Made by a program: the position numbers and the translations under genes. A stretch of DNA of 63,998 bases, filler included, from Basidiobolus ranarum (taxonomy: Eukaryota): the NCBI GenBank assembly GCA_040143965.1. It is 3 parts of 3 records of this genome, joined end to end, with 100 filler letters (N's around TTAATTAATTAA, not from the genome) between each part and the next. Parts side by side here need not be neighbours in the genome. Positions count along the whole stretch, not along the records: positions 1 to 22,832 come from JASJQH010007053.1; 2 more parts are not named here. One strand, 5' to 3'. The notes under the pieces are model-generated. The model made no database searches, had not been told where the DNA came from, and worked only from the letters and a program-made list of their open reading frames with translations. Shown here one piece after another: positions 1 to 13,162 of the stretch (the first letter of the stretch is position 1; each line of letters starts with the position of its first letter).

Positions 1-150
1 ATAGCAATTATTCCCTATAAATAAAAAGAACTTGACTAAATCCTAGGTGTTTGTTACGTGTGAACAAGTACAACCTTACTTGGTAAAGATTATTTAGGGA
101 ACATTTGTGTGCGAAACCAGTTTCTAATAACGAATATTAAGGTTACTGAA

Positions 151-381
151 TGTCACAGTGGTTGCTCTATATGTTCCATTTGACTAGAGAAATTTTGAAG
201 TGCAAAGATCACAAACCCACCCTTACCCTTACCACTCTCACACGCTAACCATGGCCTCCACAACCATAAATCACAGCGCATTCTTGTTTCCAAACAATGA
301 TCAAATGTACAATCCAAACTTGGCAAAAAACTGTAACTATCCTTGATTTACGGTGTAACTTCAAAAGGGCACCTGGTGACA
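151..381. mobile_element. Possible solo LTR (about 231 bp)
   Basis: Starts TGTCAC and ends GTGACA (inverted termini, TG..CA). ACTGA lies on both flanks (145-149 and 382-386) but is offset by 1 nt on the left. No second copy in the window. Confidence 0.3.
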
Positions 382-932
382 ACTGATCATGTTCGATCAT
401 GACAAGTAATCTCTAGCCAATTAAACCCCGGCCGTATCTGACAAATGAGCGTTGAGGAGGCTAACCTTATTTCAGCATACTTTAATCTAATCTCGCTGGC
501 AATGCATGCTGATAATTACCCATTCACATAACAGTCTTGCAACAAAGAGAATTGAAGTCTACACTAAAAGTTTGTCATCACTGCCCAGGATAAACCATGG
601 CTTAATCTAGACTCTACTTCCCAGAGACTCCAATAGAGGCTTCTCACTCTGGAAGTTCGTAGCCAACACACAAAACCGGCTTTGTATTACATTCCAAAAG
701 GACGGGAGACATAATATAATATTAAGCATATCACCTCAGAATTGGAGAAAACGTACCGATTGTTTAATTAATTATCAAATTTATTGATTCTGGAAAAGTA
801 AAGAAATGATATATGTCGGCAGCACAGGAGTAAACAAGTGTATCGTTTATTTCGGCCTCATTCTATATACATTTGGTCTTTATATGCCTTTATTTCGTGT
901 TTTCGGATGATATTAGTTATATTTTCTATTCT

Positions 933-1985
933 TTACTTTCTAGACTTCTTGATAGCTTTAGCAACATTGAGAACACCTTCGTTTCCAACAACCTTTTGCA
1001 AAATGTTCATAGAAGACTCCTTTTCTTGCTTGACATCAGAAATGGCGGGAGCAAACTTTCTCTTGACTCCCTTCACCTTAGGCTCATGCTGAAGTTTCTT
1101 GTCGAATTTACCTAAACTAGCAGTAGATGTCTTGGAAAGGCGAATCTCGCGCTCAAGCTCTCCCTTACGAACATCACGAGGGTTCTTGCCTTGACTAACG
1201 GCAGCAGCTTCTTCCAAGTTACGACGTTGACGGGCTTCGTTCTTGGCAACACGCTCCTTTTTGGCGGTTTTACGAGCGGCGTATTGATCCTCCAGAGGAT
1301 CGGCCTTGTCAGGTACTTCAATAAGCCAGTCACCTTGATCATCATTGATACCCTTGTAGCCATAACGAGGCTTGTATTCCCCAGTGGCTTCGTCCATAAC
1401 CATTCTTGAACGCTTTGTCTTCTGAATACCCTTGGCCTTGGCGAATTTCTCCCATCTTGTGAGAGGCTTACCTTTGGGCAACTATAAAGTAATAAAAATT
1501 AGTAAGCAATCAATATTTGGCATAACTACATAAAAAAATACGTACAGGCTTCTCACGAGGAATAACAGTCTTTTGTTCAGGAAGCTTGGCAACGACTCCG
1601 AGATCGTTAGACTCTACAGGAAGTTTGAAAATCTCGTTGATAAGAAGCTGAGTTCCTTGTCTGGTATAATCTTTCAAAAAGGAGTCAATTTCATCGTTGT
1701 TGCCACTAAAAGGTAATGAGAAATAAATCAATTTTCTGGTTCGACGGAAATGGCTTTGATGTCAAGGAAAATAATACATACGAAAAGCTACTATCTTCAA
1801 TAGGATTCTGATCGAAAGTGGCTAATAAAGCGAGATCAAAATCTACGGGAAGGAGTCTCTCGACCTCGATGGTCTTACTGCGAATAACAAATGTATTAGA
1901 GTGTATTCATAGACTTTACAGATATGTTAGCGTATAAACGTTACAATTTGTTCTTATGAGCCTCAAGAGCTTCAGTAACATCCAT
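933..1985 (-). CDS. RRS1: Ribosome biogenesis regulatory protein Rrs1 (4 exons)
   Basis: Spliced product MDVTEALEAHKNKFKTIEVERLLPVDFDLALLATFDQNPI...TRQGTQLLINEIFKLP...PREKPLPKGKPLTRWEKFAKAKGIQK...YKPRYGY matches RRS1 family motifs. Introns are GT-AG. Confidence 0.93.
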
Positions 1986-2384
1986 TTTGGTGAAATATGT
2001 TTAGAGAATAGCAAACTAGAAATTGATGGTCCTTGTCTAATTCAAGTTAACTTGAATTTTTTTTTCTTTTTTTTTCTTAATAGTTTCATTTTACGGGACT
2101 GATTTCATATTTCTCCTTTTTTTTTCGTAGAAGCTATACTGCCAAACTCTAAAATGTGAAAGATTTTGGAATGAAGTATGATCGAATCTCCATGATTTTA
2201 TAAGCCAATGATCGGTAGGAATGGAAATATTACTACGGAGAAAATTTTTGAGTGTTTAGGATAGGAGTGAAGATATTGATTTCTTGTAGAAAAAATAGCT
2301 CAAGTGCGGACTGCCTTTGAATCATTTTTACCTTGTAGGCTCTAACGTATATTGCCCTCGACAACCAAGAAGTTTTATTTCCAA

Positions 2385-2777
2385 ATGTCCATGTATCCTT
2401 CCGCCGCCAACGTTGCCCAACATTTACTGGCAAAAAATGGTCCACAGACTACCAAACAAATTTACTCCAACTTCAGCCAATTTCCTCAGCTTACTTCCGT
2501 TCATTTCCTGAAGAAAAAGATATTACGTAACCTTCAGCTTCAAGAGCGTATTGTCAAGCGTAAAACTATGGCTAACAAAGATGCCAAGCCTGTTTGGTTG
2601 TGGTCTATTGAGAAAGAAGAGCTTGTCAATCAATATAAGGATCCCAAATTTAGTGAATTTAAGCCTACAGTGAAACCCATGTTTGTTAATCCTTTCGCTA
2701 CTTGGCAAGCTGAACAAGCCAAGAAGTTGGCTACTATCAGGAGAAATGCTCCCAGCAGTGACAAACGTTCCAAATAG
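2385..2777 (+). CDS. Small basic hypothetical protein (130 aa), possibly winged-helix-like
   Basis: Intronless ORF with an ATG in AAA-ATG context and codon usage like the neighbouring housekeeping genes. Divergent from RRS1. No family recognised. Confidence 0.7.
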   Translation: MSMYPSAANVAQHLLAKNGPQTTKQIYSNFSQFPQLTSVHFLKKKILRNLQLQERIVKRKTMANKDAKPVWLWSIEKEELVNQYKDPKFSEFKPTVKPMFVNPFATWQAEQAKKLATIRRNAPSSDKRSK

Positions 2778-3105
2778 ATGCTCTTTGCTCTTTCGTTACT
2801 CTTACATCATACAACACAACTATTTATGCGATTTCTTTCGCCTCTGCATATTACATTAAAAAGAACGGTCATTGCTATTAAATGTACACAATACAATTGA
2901 ATCCACTTTATCATATTTCTTTGTTTTTATAAACAATGTCTGCTTGATCAAGAGCAACAAACTCAGGTATACCCGTGATTAAGAGCAATAAAATACGTCC
3001 CCATGGAAACATTCAAAGGGTAGACGTCAAGTGGTTGTTTTTGTAAAATAATGCATAGACTAAGCACGGCTTCTATAGTACATACCTGTGATTATAGGAT
3101 GAAGC

Positions 3106-4908
3106 TCAACTTTTATGCTTTTTACTCGCGGGCCCGTCCCCATATTTATCCTCCATAATTCGATTGACCATTTGAAGTTCACGGTTGAATTTCTGGCTTC
3201 CATTGGCCTTCTTCTTGGCAGGACGCTTCTTCTCGTCATCTGAATCCATGTCCCAACGAGACATTTGGCTGCGTTTTGCCCTAAGTTCCGCCATAGTAGC
3301 TTCGTCATCGGAAGCTGAGTGTTCAGAATCAAACGCATAATCCAAAGTAGATGCATTGGTGTCTCCACCTAATCCAAAGGTGGAGTAATCGCCTTCATAT
3401 GCATCCTTTGGGGATTCGGCCTTTGTGATGGCTTTATCGGATTGTTCATCAGCTAGTGGTGGAGGTTGAGAGGTTGATGCTGAACTAATTTTGTCGATGA
3501 TGGCTTTGACAGATGTGACTCGCTCGTTATTTTCTTTATCTTCATTCGATGAGTCGGCAAACATATCTTCAGCATCTTCAAAGTAAGAAGGCTTGTGTGC
3601 TGCTGTGCGCTCAGCTTTCTCTTCTTTTTCCTTTGCTCGACTTTCCTCGTCCACTTCTAATACATAGTCTCGACCAATACCTTCAAACATGTCATCATCA
3701 TCATCCATCCCAACAATAGGCTCTACCTTCACCTCTTCTTTTACTTTCTTTTTGGTCTTTTTCACGCCACTTTTTGCTAAGCCTCGACTACCCTCTCGAG
3801 CATATGTAAACACTTGACAAATTTTCTCAAGAATAATATTATTAGTCACCACTTTCTCTTTATCTGTAGCAGCAGATGGTAAATCAGCGATACTCCTGAC
3901 AGCAGTAGTAGGAATGTAGAATGGATCCCTATACTCGCCTTCTTCCTCCAATTCGAATACAAAAGCCATCCGTCCAGGGATCATAAACTCGTTAATTTTT
4001 GGATGTTGTGGTTTTGCCGTGGCATATTTGTACACATCTTCACCGAATTTAGTTATGAATTTAGGTGGTCCCTCGTCATCTTTAATGGAAGCTAATACTC
4101 GTTCAAGTTCAGAATCGGTCTTTTCGCTTGGTACGTCTGTGGTCTTATCACGGCGTACTTTTTCCAGCAATGCATAATCCAAGCCTTTGACTAAATGTGT
4201 ATGTTCTGCGTCTCCACCCAGATACTTGGATTTTTCATATGCTAGGTTAGGATCTTCTGAAGCTTCTAAAGTGGCAAGAATTTGCTCAGTTTCTACATAG
4301 TCAGGATTTTCACCTCGACGACGTTCCCGTGCTCTATCACGGTATTTTTCTGAATTAGCGGCTTCTTCATCGTTAGGGGCCCGCCATCTAAAATTTAAAC
4401 ATCAATAAATCCACTTTCTTATCAACTATTATCAATGAAGCTTCATATAATTTCCAAAAGATTTTTTGAGGGAGTATATATAAAGACCGGTATCATTTCA
4501 AAGGTGTACTTACTTTTTCTTAGATTTAGTGAATATAGGAGCAGTTGGATCGGCACTATTATTCCACCATTAATAGATAAGTATTTTCCTTAATTTTATA
4601 TTACCAAGCTAAGGGGAGTTTTTTTAAAGAAATGCTTTCCATACCCTAATCGAGGAGTTCCTGGAACGGTTCTTCTAGGAGTGAACATTCCAAAGTTTCC
4701 ATTACCTCTGGGGGTTGCTGCTATGTTACTACTACCTCCAGGACGTGGGGTGGAAAGTAATTTTCGAAAATCATCTTGTGATAATCTAGAAATTTAGTTT
4801 AATAATTCATTGACAGTTTGTGTCCAAGAAAAACTTTAATATAGTCTACCCTTTCTTATTGGGGTCTTCTGGTGCAACGAAACCAGAAGGAGCGGTTGGA
4901 TTTGACAT
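3106..4908 (-). CDS. RED/IK-like spliceosomal B-complex protein (RED N-terminal domain), 4 exons
   Basis: Motifs LSQDDFRKLLSTPR, KYRDRARERR, YLGGDAEHTHLVKGLDYALLEKVR and INEFMIPGRMAFVF are RED_N signatures. Three GT-AG introns restore the frame from the ATG at 4908. Confidence 0.9.
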
Positions 4909-5114
4909 ACTACTCTCGTTGTTTAGCAGAATTCAAGGATAAAAACTGTAGTCACGTCAGGATATTCTGAAAATAGGATAATAAGCCATATAAAAAAAAA
5001 TTCCATCAAAATCAGTATATTTTATATTTATTTCTAGCTGAGTTGAGAATATTAATAGATGGAGCACAACATAAAAAACGATATCTGTATGTATTCATTA
5101 TGCTAATTGTTCTT

Positions 5115-5771
5115 TCAAAAGGAATTGAATACAATGATAAAGCCTAGCATTGCCCAATATCCATTTAAACCATTTACAGCACCTATACTTCTATGCCCAG
5201 GCTGGGGGCTGGGCTTCGATGTAGGAAAAGTGTTGCTAGACTGACTTGATCCACTTTTCCGCGAAGAGAATGGATTGAATGATTGTGTTACAGTTGGACG
5301 ATAGGTTGGACTGGAACTGGTAGTCGGTCCAGGTGTGAATCCCATCTTAGTTCCGGTTGGAGAAGCGGTCACATGCAGGGTAGAAGTAGTTGGCGAGGGA
5401 ACAGGAAGTGGCTGATTAGGTGGATCAACCATCTTTTTATCATTATTCTTGTCATTATCCCATGTGGCCTCTTTCTCCTTCTCGTCTGGATTTTCAGATT
5501 CGAAATACTCCTCTTTTGATGATGATTCCCCGGTTTCTTCAGCATGGTCAGTAACGTTATCCACAGAAGTGGGATGTGAATCATGAATGGATGTGAACAT
5601 AATTGACGTGGTTTCCAACTCAGTGTAGGTACTGACAACTGTAACTGTAGGAGTGGGGGCACCCTGCTTACCCAAAACCCTGCCCTTCTCTATTCCTCCT
5701 TGCGGCTTACCCTGGATCTCATCAAAATAGATCAAGCTGATAAGAAATACTAACCGCCGAAGAAACCTCAT
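5115..5771 (-). CDS. Secreted Ser/Thr/Pro-rich, probably GPI-anchored surface protein
   Basis: N-terminal signal peptide (MRFLRRLVFLISLIYF), low-complexity S/T/P body, and a hydrophobic C-terminal tail (YWAMLGFIIVFNSF) preceded by small residues. Confidence 0.75.
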   Translation of the reverse strand: MRFLRRLVFLISLIYFDEIQGKPQGGIEKGRVLGKQGAPTPTVTVVSTYTELETTSIMFTSIHDSHPTSVDNVTDHAEETGESSSKEEYFESENPDEKEKEATWDNDKNNDKKMVDPPNQPLPVPSPTTSTLHVTASPTGTKMGFTPGPTTSSSPTYRPTVTQSFNPFSSRKSGSSQSSNTFPTSKPSPQPGHRSIGAVNGLNGYWAMLGFIIVFNSF

Positions 5772-6632
5772 TTCTTTATTCGAGAGAGAGAGCCGGTTGA
5801 GTAGAAAGCTCAGGATACCTGAGAAATATAGGGAAGTGAGTTTAATATATAATCCAAGACTTGGCTGTTGAAACAGGAGGTTAAGAAATCAAAACCCGAG
5901 GTTTTGTAATGAAAGCAACGAATACATTGATTGTAACGTCGTTTGGATTCCATTAACTCTCCGTCCTCTGTAGATTAGATCTCCATACCCTAGCACCAGG
6001 AGTTTAAAAACCAGACTACGCTATCATTGAAGCATTTCCCTTAGCATAAATCACCTTTAACTATAGAGATATTTATAAATATACACTGAAGAGGGAATAT
6101 GTATATTTGGATACGCTAGGTATATTATAAATTCTTCTACTTAAAGGAAATCTGGGATAAAAATAACAGGTAACGTTCATATCTGGGGATCCCATGATAC
6201 GGGTTCTGTGATTGAAGCACCATTAATGGAATCTTCTGGCTATCATGTTCTTTATATGCTAGTGACTATCTCGACGCCTCTCGAAGCATTCCACAGATCT
6301 AACTAGGGGTCAGATTTCAGTGATGTCAGCGATTTTCCAGCCATTAGCTAATCATTGGTACCGAAAGTTTAGCGCTTAAATAAAAATAGATGACCATTCA
6401 GATCGCGGCTTACCTTCCATTTGGTCAGCATAATCCTTGAAATGACTGGATAGTATCGCTTCTGTCCCAACTTGGCGGAATGTTTCCATTTTAGTAAATG
6501 AAGGAATTATTTGCTATTCGTTCTATAATTATATTTTCCAATTTGACGAAGTGTTACTTTCTTATAAATGGTATCCATGGGCTTGGTCAACTAACTTTTG
6601 TTTCCCTTTTTCTATTAGATACTCTTGCAGAC

Positions 6633-8254
6633 ATGGGTTGCTGTTGTGGTGGTGATGCCAAGTGGAAAAGAGAAGTAATCAATGATCACAAATTCGACTA
6701 CGTTGATGTGGATGAGTTTCGCGACGAGTCTTTCTTCTCCAAATTTAAATACATGTTTGTATTTATATTCACTATCAAGTCTGTGCTTATCTACGTACTG
6801 GATATATATACAGCAGTGATGCTTATTGCATTCAACTCTTGGACCTCTTCAGTTCACTCCCAGATTAGTTTCAAATATACTCGTTGGATTTTCACAGCCT
6901 CTATCCTTGCTTCCTATGTTCTAGTATTTTTTGAGTTCAAAAAAGCACGTGCTATCATCCGCTCAAGAGATATCTCGTTCGCATTTACTTCTATCATTGC
7001 AAACCGCTATTACACCCTTCGTTCTTATCCACACTACTGCTTTTTCAACCAAATCCATAGCCAAAAGAGATTCAAGGATGATGTGGCTTTCTATGTTTTC
7101 TTTGCTCTCAAAGGTATTTTAATGCTTTGCTAGGATGTGCTTTACCAGAGTTAATCTAACATGTGTGTACCTGTATAGGTTGGAAAAGATTTCTTTTTGC
7201 CGAAGCTCCTCGTCAGGTGGTCAATGGCTACACCCTAGTTCGACTATTTATGAAAGGGTTTTACGACTTTCACAACTTATATATACCTGAGAATATGTTG
7301 GCAAATATCTCTCTGATAACCATGGGAGTGCCGTTTGTTTTGTTCGTTATCTCAGCTATCCTCACCTTCATTGCTGGATTGTTATATATTCCTTTGGTTT
7401 GCCAAATTCGAGGTAACCTCAAGGAGTATTGTTGCCATAAAATCGATAAACGGTATGTATTTTTGCAATCAATCCTCACTGAGTTTCTTATTGACAACGA
7501 TGTTTTTAGTGTTGCTGAGTTATTACGTATCAGATCTCAAAAAAGAGTATTACGTGACCAGATGTTGAACGGCACACTCCAGCCAACTAAGCCTACTATC
7601 GCAGGAATTGACGAGATAATAATGACCGAAAGTATTGGGTCCGCTGGCGGAGCCACAATCGTCGAAGTTGAAAAACAGAATATATCTTCTACCTATTCAG
7701 CACCTGTAGAGTCTAAATCGGCGGGTGCACGAGCTCGTCGTCTGAGTCAATCATTCCTACTGTCAGATGTAGCTAATGCTTCAGATCAGCGCAGCTACAC
7801 CATTGCTGTCAATCGTGAATATCGTGCTGTTCAGCAGCAGCAATCTCGATTAGCTAATCAAAAACCAACGCTGCCGAATATTAATCAATTATTTTCTGAG
7901 ACTTCTGAAGGAACTGGTGCTGTAATTGATGCATCTCATCGCACTTACATATCCTTGGACAGCCGATCTGCATCCGGCTCTGATAATTACTCCGACCACA
8001 GCTCAAATCCCTCTGAGCATCCTACTTCTTCAACCTCACATAGCCATGAGACCAGTGACTACCGAAGAAATGCTCGTCCGTCATCACCTTTGAACGAATC
8101 CTCAGGTTATGCCGCATATGATCTTGATGAATTGCCTAACAGATACCAAGACAAGGCGAATCGACCTAGCCGGACTCATAGACCTGTAGCAACAATGCCA
8201 AACCTATCCGATAGCGTTCCCAAGGTTGCACACAAGGGAGCAGTCAATTTCTAA
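6633..8254 (+). CDS. KCH-family fungal K+ transporter (Kch1/Prm6-like), 3 exons
   Basis: MGCCCGGDAKWKREVINDHKFDYVDVDEF, IIRSRDISFAFT, ALKGWKRFLFAEAPRQVVN and GNLKEYCCHKIDKR match the KCH family. Several TM segments. Introns about 7113-7178 and 7453-7509. Confidence 0.85.
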
Positions 8255-8808
8255 TTATTATTGTATTATGCTAGATATGCTTATAGCCTGTGTACATTTT
8301 TAGCATTCGTAAGACTTAAAATCTTTGTAATCTATAAATCAAATTATATGACCAAGTAGATAGATTATTGGTGACAATAAACTCTGTTAAATGTCAATTG
8401 CGCGCAAATATCTATGTGTTCTCTTCTGGCGAACTTTGAGAAGGAAAGTGATAGCTGTACCAAGGTGATTGGTAATTTTGGACTGCTTTATGTTGAAAAT
8501 TCCCAACACTTTATTGATGCTGAAAACCTATTCGAAAATCTAGTGAAAAATACAATACATGCTTTGTAATTTCACAGATTAATGACCCCTGTTTCTGATC
8601 AGTCTAGGTACAATCACCGTCGTCATTCATCGTTAGTGCTCAAAAGTAACGTATTTTGGGTCCCCTTTTTGAAATCTTTCTCGCCATTCAATACTCTCTT
8701 TACCGAGTAGCTCACATTTTCTCCTCTGCATTTGTTTATATTCCCCTTCTATTTAAGTAGTAAAGAGAAATACAGTTCAGTAATCCCTAAAATATTTTTT
8801 ATGTAAAT

Positions 8809-11382
8809 ATGGCATTTTGTGCGGATGAAGCCTGTGCCCCCAAAACAAAGCAACCTGAATCGCAAGAAATCGATGAGCAAGTAGTCCCAAGTGAAGAACG
8901 AGTCGAAAATAGCCTACCTGAAACTTTCACTACCACACTCGACAATCACTCAAACCAAATTACTAAAGTTAACAATCTTGATAAAACTAATGGACACACA
9001 ACTGAAAACCAAACCTTAAATCCAGCCACAGATTTAAATGCAAAAATTGAAATCCTACCTCTGTGTATTGAAGAAAATACACAGACAACCAGTAAAACTT
9101 CCGATAATGCAACCACCCAGTATTTAGAACGATTGGATCATGATGTAGGCCCCTCTTCGGAAATTGAACCCGCCATAACTACCGGGACACTACGCAAGCG
9201 CTCTTCGAGCTTCCTTCAGAAAAATATTGAGCCGATAACTATTAATGGTGTGAAAGATAAAACACCAGCTAAAGATAATCAGAGTCGAGAGAAGTTGAAA
9301 GAGGAATTTGACATCCCTGAATTTACCTTTTCCATTTGGTCTTACTTACGCTCAGAATTAACAGCTGGGGACTTTGATCAATCTTACGAAATCAAAAGTG
9401 AACGGATATTAAACTTTCTCCATATTCCTTGGGAGTTTGAGAAGTGGGTTTCTTTCGGATATTTCATCTGTCTGGACTCTTTATTACATACCTTTTGTAT
9501 CTTGCCTGGACGTATTTTGATTGCAATTTGGGGATTATTTTGCAGAATCTTTGGTAAAGCAAGGTACTTTTTTCCATATTTATGGACTTAATCAGCCATG
9601 GTATTTATTATTACATTATTTAGTCAAATGAAGCAAGCACAAAAAAGCGATCTTTACAAAGGGGCTTTGATTGCGATTTGCTGTTATATGCTGACCTATA
9701 TCGAGCCATCCCGGTTATATCATACAATTCGTGGTCAATCGTTTGTCAAGTTATATTTCATTTTCAACTGCTTGGAGGTTCGTTCCCTTTAAAAGATATA
9801 TTAGTATACAACAGCCGGACTTAGCATTTGCCAATAATAGATTTTTGACAAACTCTGCTGCTCCTTTGGTCTAGATATATTAGATTCTTTATTCTCGAGA
9901 GATGTTATGGGCAGCTCTAAAAACAGGAAGGGGGTAGAACATATACGACCTTTCACGCATTTCTTGCTTGGCTTAGTATATACATGTATCCTTGCGCCTA
10001 TATTGATCCCAAACATTGTTTGCCTTACTTTTCCCAAGAATCCTTGACCATATATTTGTAGTTGTACATTCGATGGTGTTGTTCTACCAGGTGATAACGT
10101 TAAATGTAGCTGTCAATTCGTACAACAATGCTCTACTATCGCTTCTCGTTTCCAATCAATTTGGCGAAATCAAAAGCAATGTTTTCAAGAGATTCGAGAA
10201 AGAAAACCTATTCCAACTGAGTTGTAGTGGTAATTAGCGAATACCCTTGACCTTGATTAAATCAAGTAACTAATTCATTCGACATCAGATGTCGTAGAAC
10301 GTTTCCAGCTGTCAATTTTCCTGATGATAATTACCATTCGTAATATCATTGAGCTTTCCGGATCCTCCAGCACCCTTTTACCGACTTTCTTCTTCCCCTT
10401 GTTTCCCAATACCGGCTCACTTTTTGACTCTGTCATAACACCCGTATTGGTCGTTTTCTTTACTGAATATATGGTTGACTGGCTAAAGCACGCCTTCATT
10501 GCAAAATTCAACCGGATTAGACCTACGGTCTATGCCAGATATGTCGATGTACTGGCGCGTGATCTAGTATCCTCGAAATCCCCCGAAGCCGCTAATAGCA
10601 AAGAAAACCCAGCTAATGTATTCATCGAATTTGCATCAATGGCTTTTGCACTTCCTAAATTAGTACTGACTTGGAACCTTTTAGATTCTTGTCGACCGTA
10701 CTACGACTGTATCGCGAAGAATCGGCTTTGCTAATTTACCCATATGCTGTTTGGTAATAAGACAATGGAGACTGACCGGATTATCTTCAACTCGCTAATC
10801 CATTTCATTAATAGATTATCCGTATGATTTTGCACTCTCTTGGATCATTTGGATTCTGGGAGGAGATGAAAAATGGTGGCGGTGTTAGACTGGAAACCTT
10901 ATTCAATCTAAATAATGGGGGAGATGTACTTCAGTTCTTCATTGACTTGTTGAATTTTCACCCTTGGTCTGAACAAGTCGTTTACTATGGATTTTGGGTT
11001 CTGATTGTTACATTAATCTATGCTTGGTAAGACCCCCACTCTCTATGCGCACCTCACCTAACGTTAATAACACCTTGCCATTAGTCTTGTAGCCATAAAA
11101 CTTATCATTGGGATCAATTTGATATCATTCGCTCTTCACCGCCATACTGGGATGCTAGAACGTGAACAAGCAGCCCAGACAATAGTAAAGGATCCATACG
11201 AGACCGTAAGTCTATCCGACCTTCCATAATCTTTCTAAATGCTCATGAGTCTTTTGGTATAGGCATTCAACGAGAAACTTAAGCAGACTCTAGATGATTC
11301 CGATCTCATCACACCTTTACCAAATAAGCTTACGTTGGAGACCCTTGATAGATACACTCTATTCAAAAGCCGCATTCCCTGA
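8809..11382 (+). CDS. TAPT1: TAPT1/Emp65 (DUF747) ER membrane protein, multi-exon
   Basis: ERILNFLHIPWEFEK, CLDSLLHTFCILP, YHTIRGQSFVKLYFIFNCLEIFDKL, LNVAVNSYNNALLSLLVSNQFGEIKSNVFKRFEKENLFQL, VDWLKHAFIAKFN and C-terminal DRYTLFKSRIP. Confidence 0.93.
9986..10061 (+). other. U12-type (minor spliceosome) GT-AG intron in TAPT1
   Basis: 5' splice site GTATCCTT and branch site TCCTTGAC at 10041-10048, 13 nt from the 3' end. Removal gives in-frame LVYT-F-VHSMVLFYQ. Confidence 0.88.
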
Positions 11383-13162
11383 AGCGTTCGCACTTTTCGA
11401 TTCTCTTACACCACTTGCATAATATGTACAGCATCTATAATCAAGCTGATATTGCATCTTATCTATCTCCTCTCCAACTCATTTAGTACCATGTCAATCT
11501 ACGTTCGAACTCATTAACTCTGGATTCGCATATCATCCATTCTTTAATAGAAACCAAATCGATTAAAAGCAAGTTCATTAAACCACCAATAAAGTCCTAA
11601 AACACGAAAGCTCGTGCCCCTTCTCGTGCTTCACTCCACAAATGAGATCAAATCTATAAATCCAACATGTGATTAGTAGAAGATATTTCCTGCTTGAAGA
11701 ATGATTTGTAGCAGCAACGAGCATGGACTCGAAGCCACAGCAAAATTAGCCACATATCAATGACCAGTTGGCATAACCGAAGAAAATGGAATGTGATTGA
11801 CTAGAACACTACCCGATCCACATGTATCTGAAATAAGCATGTTGTGGATCTGATTCTCAAATAATACATGGTCGATTTGGCAATATATCAACGAGATCTT
11901 CTAAAAGCGTAAATAATTACCATCCATACGTAATCGTATAGATGCATGCCAAACAATGTTAAAATCAAGGATCACCATTGCATGGTTGAGCCACAACCGA
12001 CGCGCGGACCTGTGCCATATAACAAACAATAGATTTTTATGGGTAGTAAAAACATCCCAATTGGAATTCCGACAATTAATCAGCGGAGTTTCTCCACAAA
12101 TGTCACAGTACACTGTTATCAACTAATCAAATGTTTCACTAGCCAAGTGGAGACGAATAAGGAAAATTGTCAGAAAAGGAAGATAATTGATTGGTCAATT
12201 AGAATTGTGCAACCAGATAGGCCATAAATAGAAATACTTTGAAGATTGTGTCGATGTACATACTCATACCTGTTACTAGTGCTGGGATCAGGTTGGGGAG
12301 GATTTCGTTTGAATACGAACTCAAAGCATAGAGTGTGGTTTCCAGTTGTGTGAATACATGCTTGTATAAAAATCCGCTTTCCAAACGAACTGATTGGTCT
12401 ATGTGGAAGAATGTACCAGTCGTCACCATTACCTGTGGCGAACAAATAAGAGCCTGTCTGATCCAGGCTCAATGACATTGACCAAAATGAGTAAACAAGG
12501 AGTAGGGAACAGGGATATAACTAAATGCTGATACTGATACTGATGGCGATGGTGATGCTGATGTTGGTTCCATCTATTAAACGCTTTTGGAATCACCAAA
12601 TAAAATTTTCTGATTGCCTTTCTTGAATTTTATGCATGTTTTGGCAATAAGCTGGGGGGCTGTGAGCGACTATTGGTTGAAAATTAGTGGATATTTCTGA
12701 TGCATCCAAACAGCAAACCCTTCCACATGGCCCATTTTCTTATGCAAAATGGAAAAGTTGGTTGACTAGCGTGAACAGGCTCTGGCCGGCTAGGGCAGAA
12801 AAATCATGTATCTCCTGAGTCTTCTCTATCTCCGTGAATCGATTGGCTGCTGCTCCAAATATCCCATCTGTGCATACAGCATGTTTGGTTTGAGTGGGAA
12901 TTCCTAATCGGTCATCCGTCTCGTCTTTCTATGAAATAAGAAAATCAACTCGTTCATTGGGCTGCATGCCAATCAGACGAATCAGTTGCCAGCTAGACTT
13001 ACAACATTGAAAACATATGATTTCCCAATTCCTTTTTTTCAATTCAATATAAGCGCATCCATGTCGACCTTCACTGAGCCTCGATTTCGTTATTGATCGA
13101 ATTTCTTCATTTCGTTTTCGTTTGTTGTAATCTCCCTTGCTCAGCCCCCATCCACGTAGAAA

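Noticed and set aside
11650-12570. Overlapping short ORFs and hexamer-like repeats downstream of TAPT1
   Set aside because: No consistent exon chain or recognisable family.
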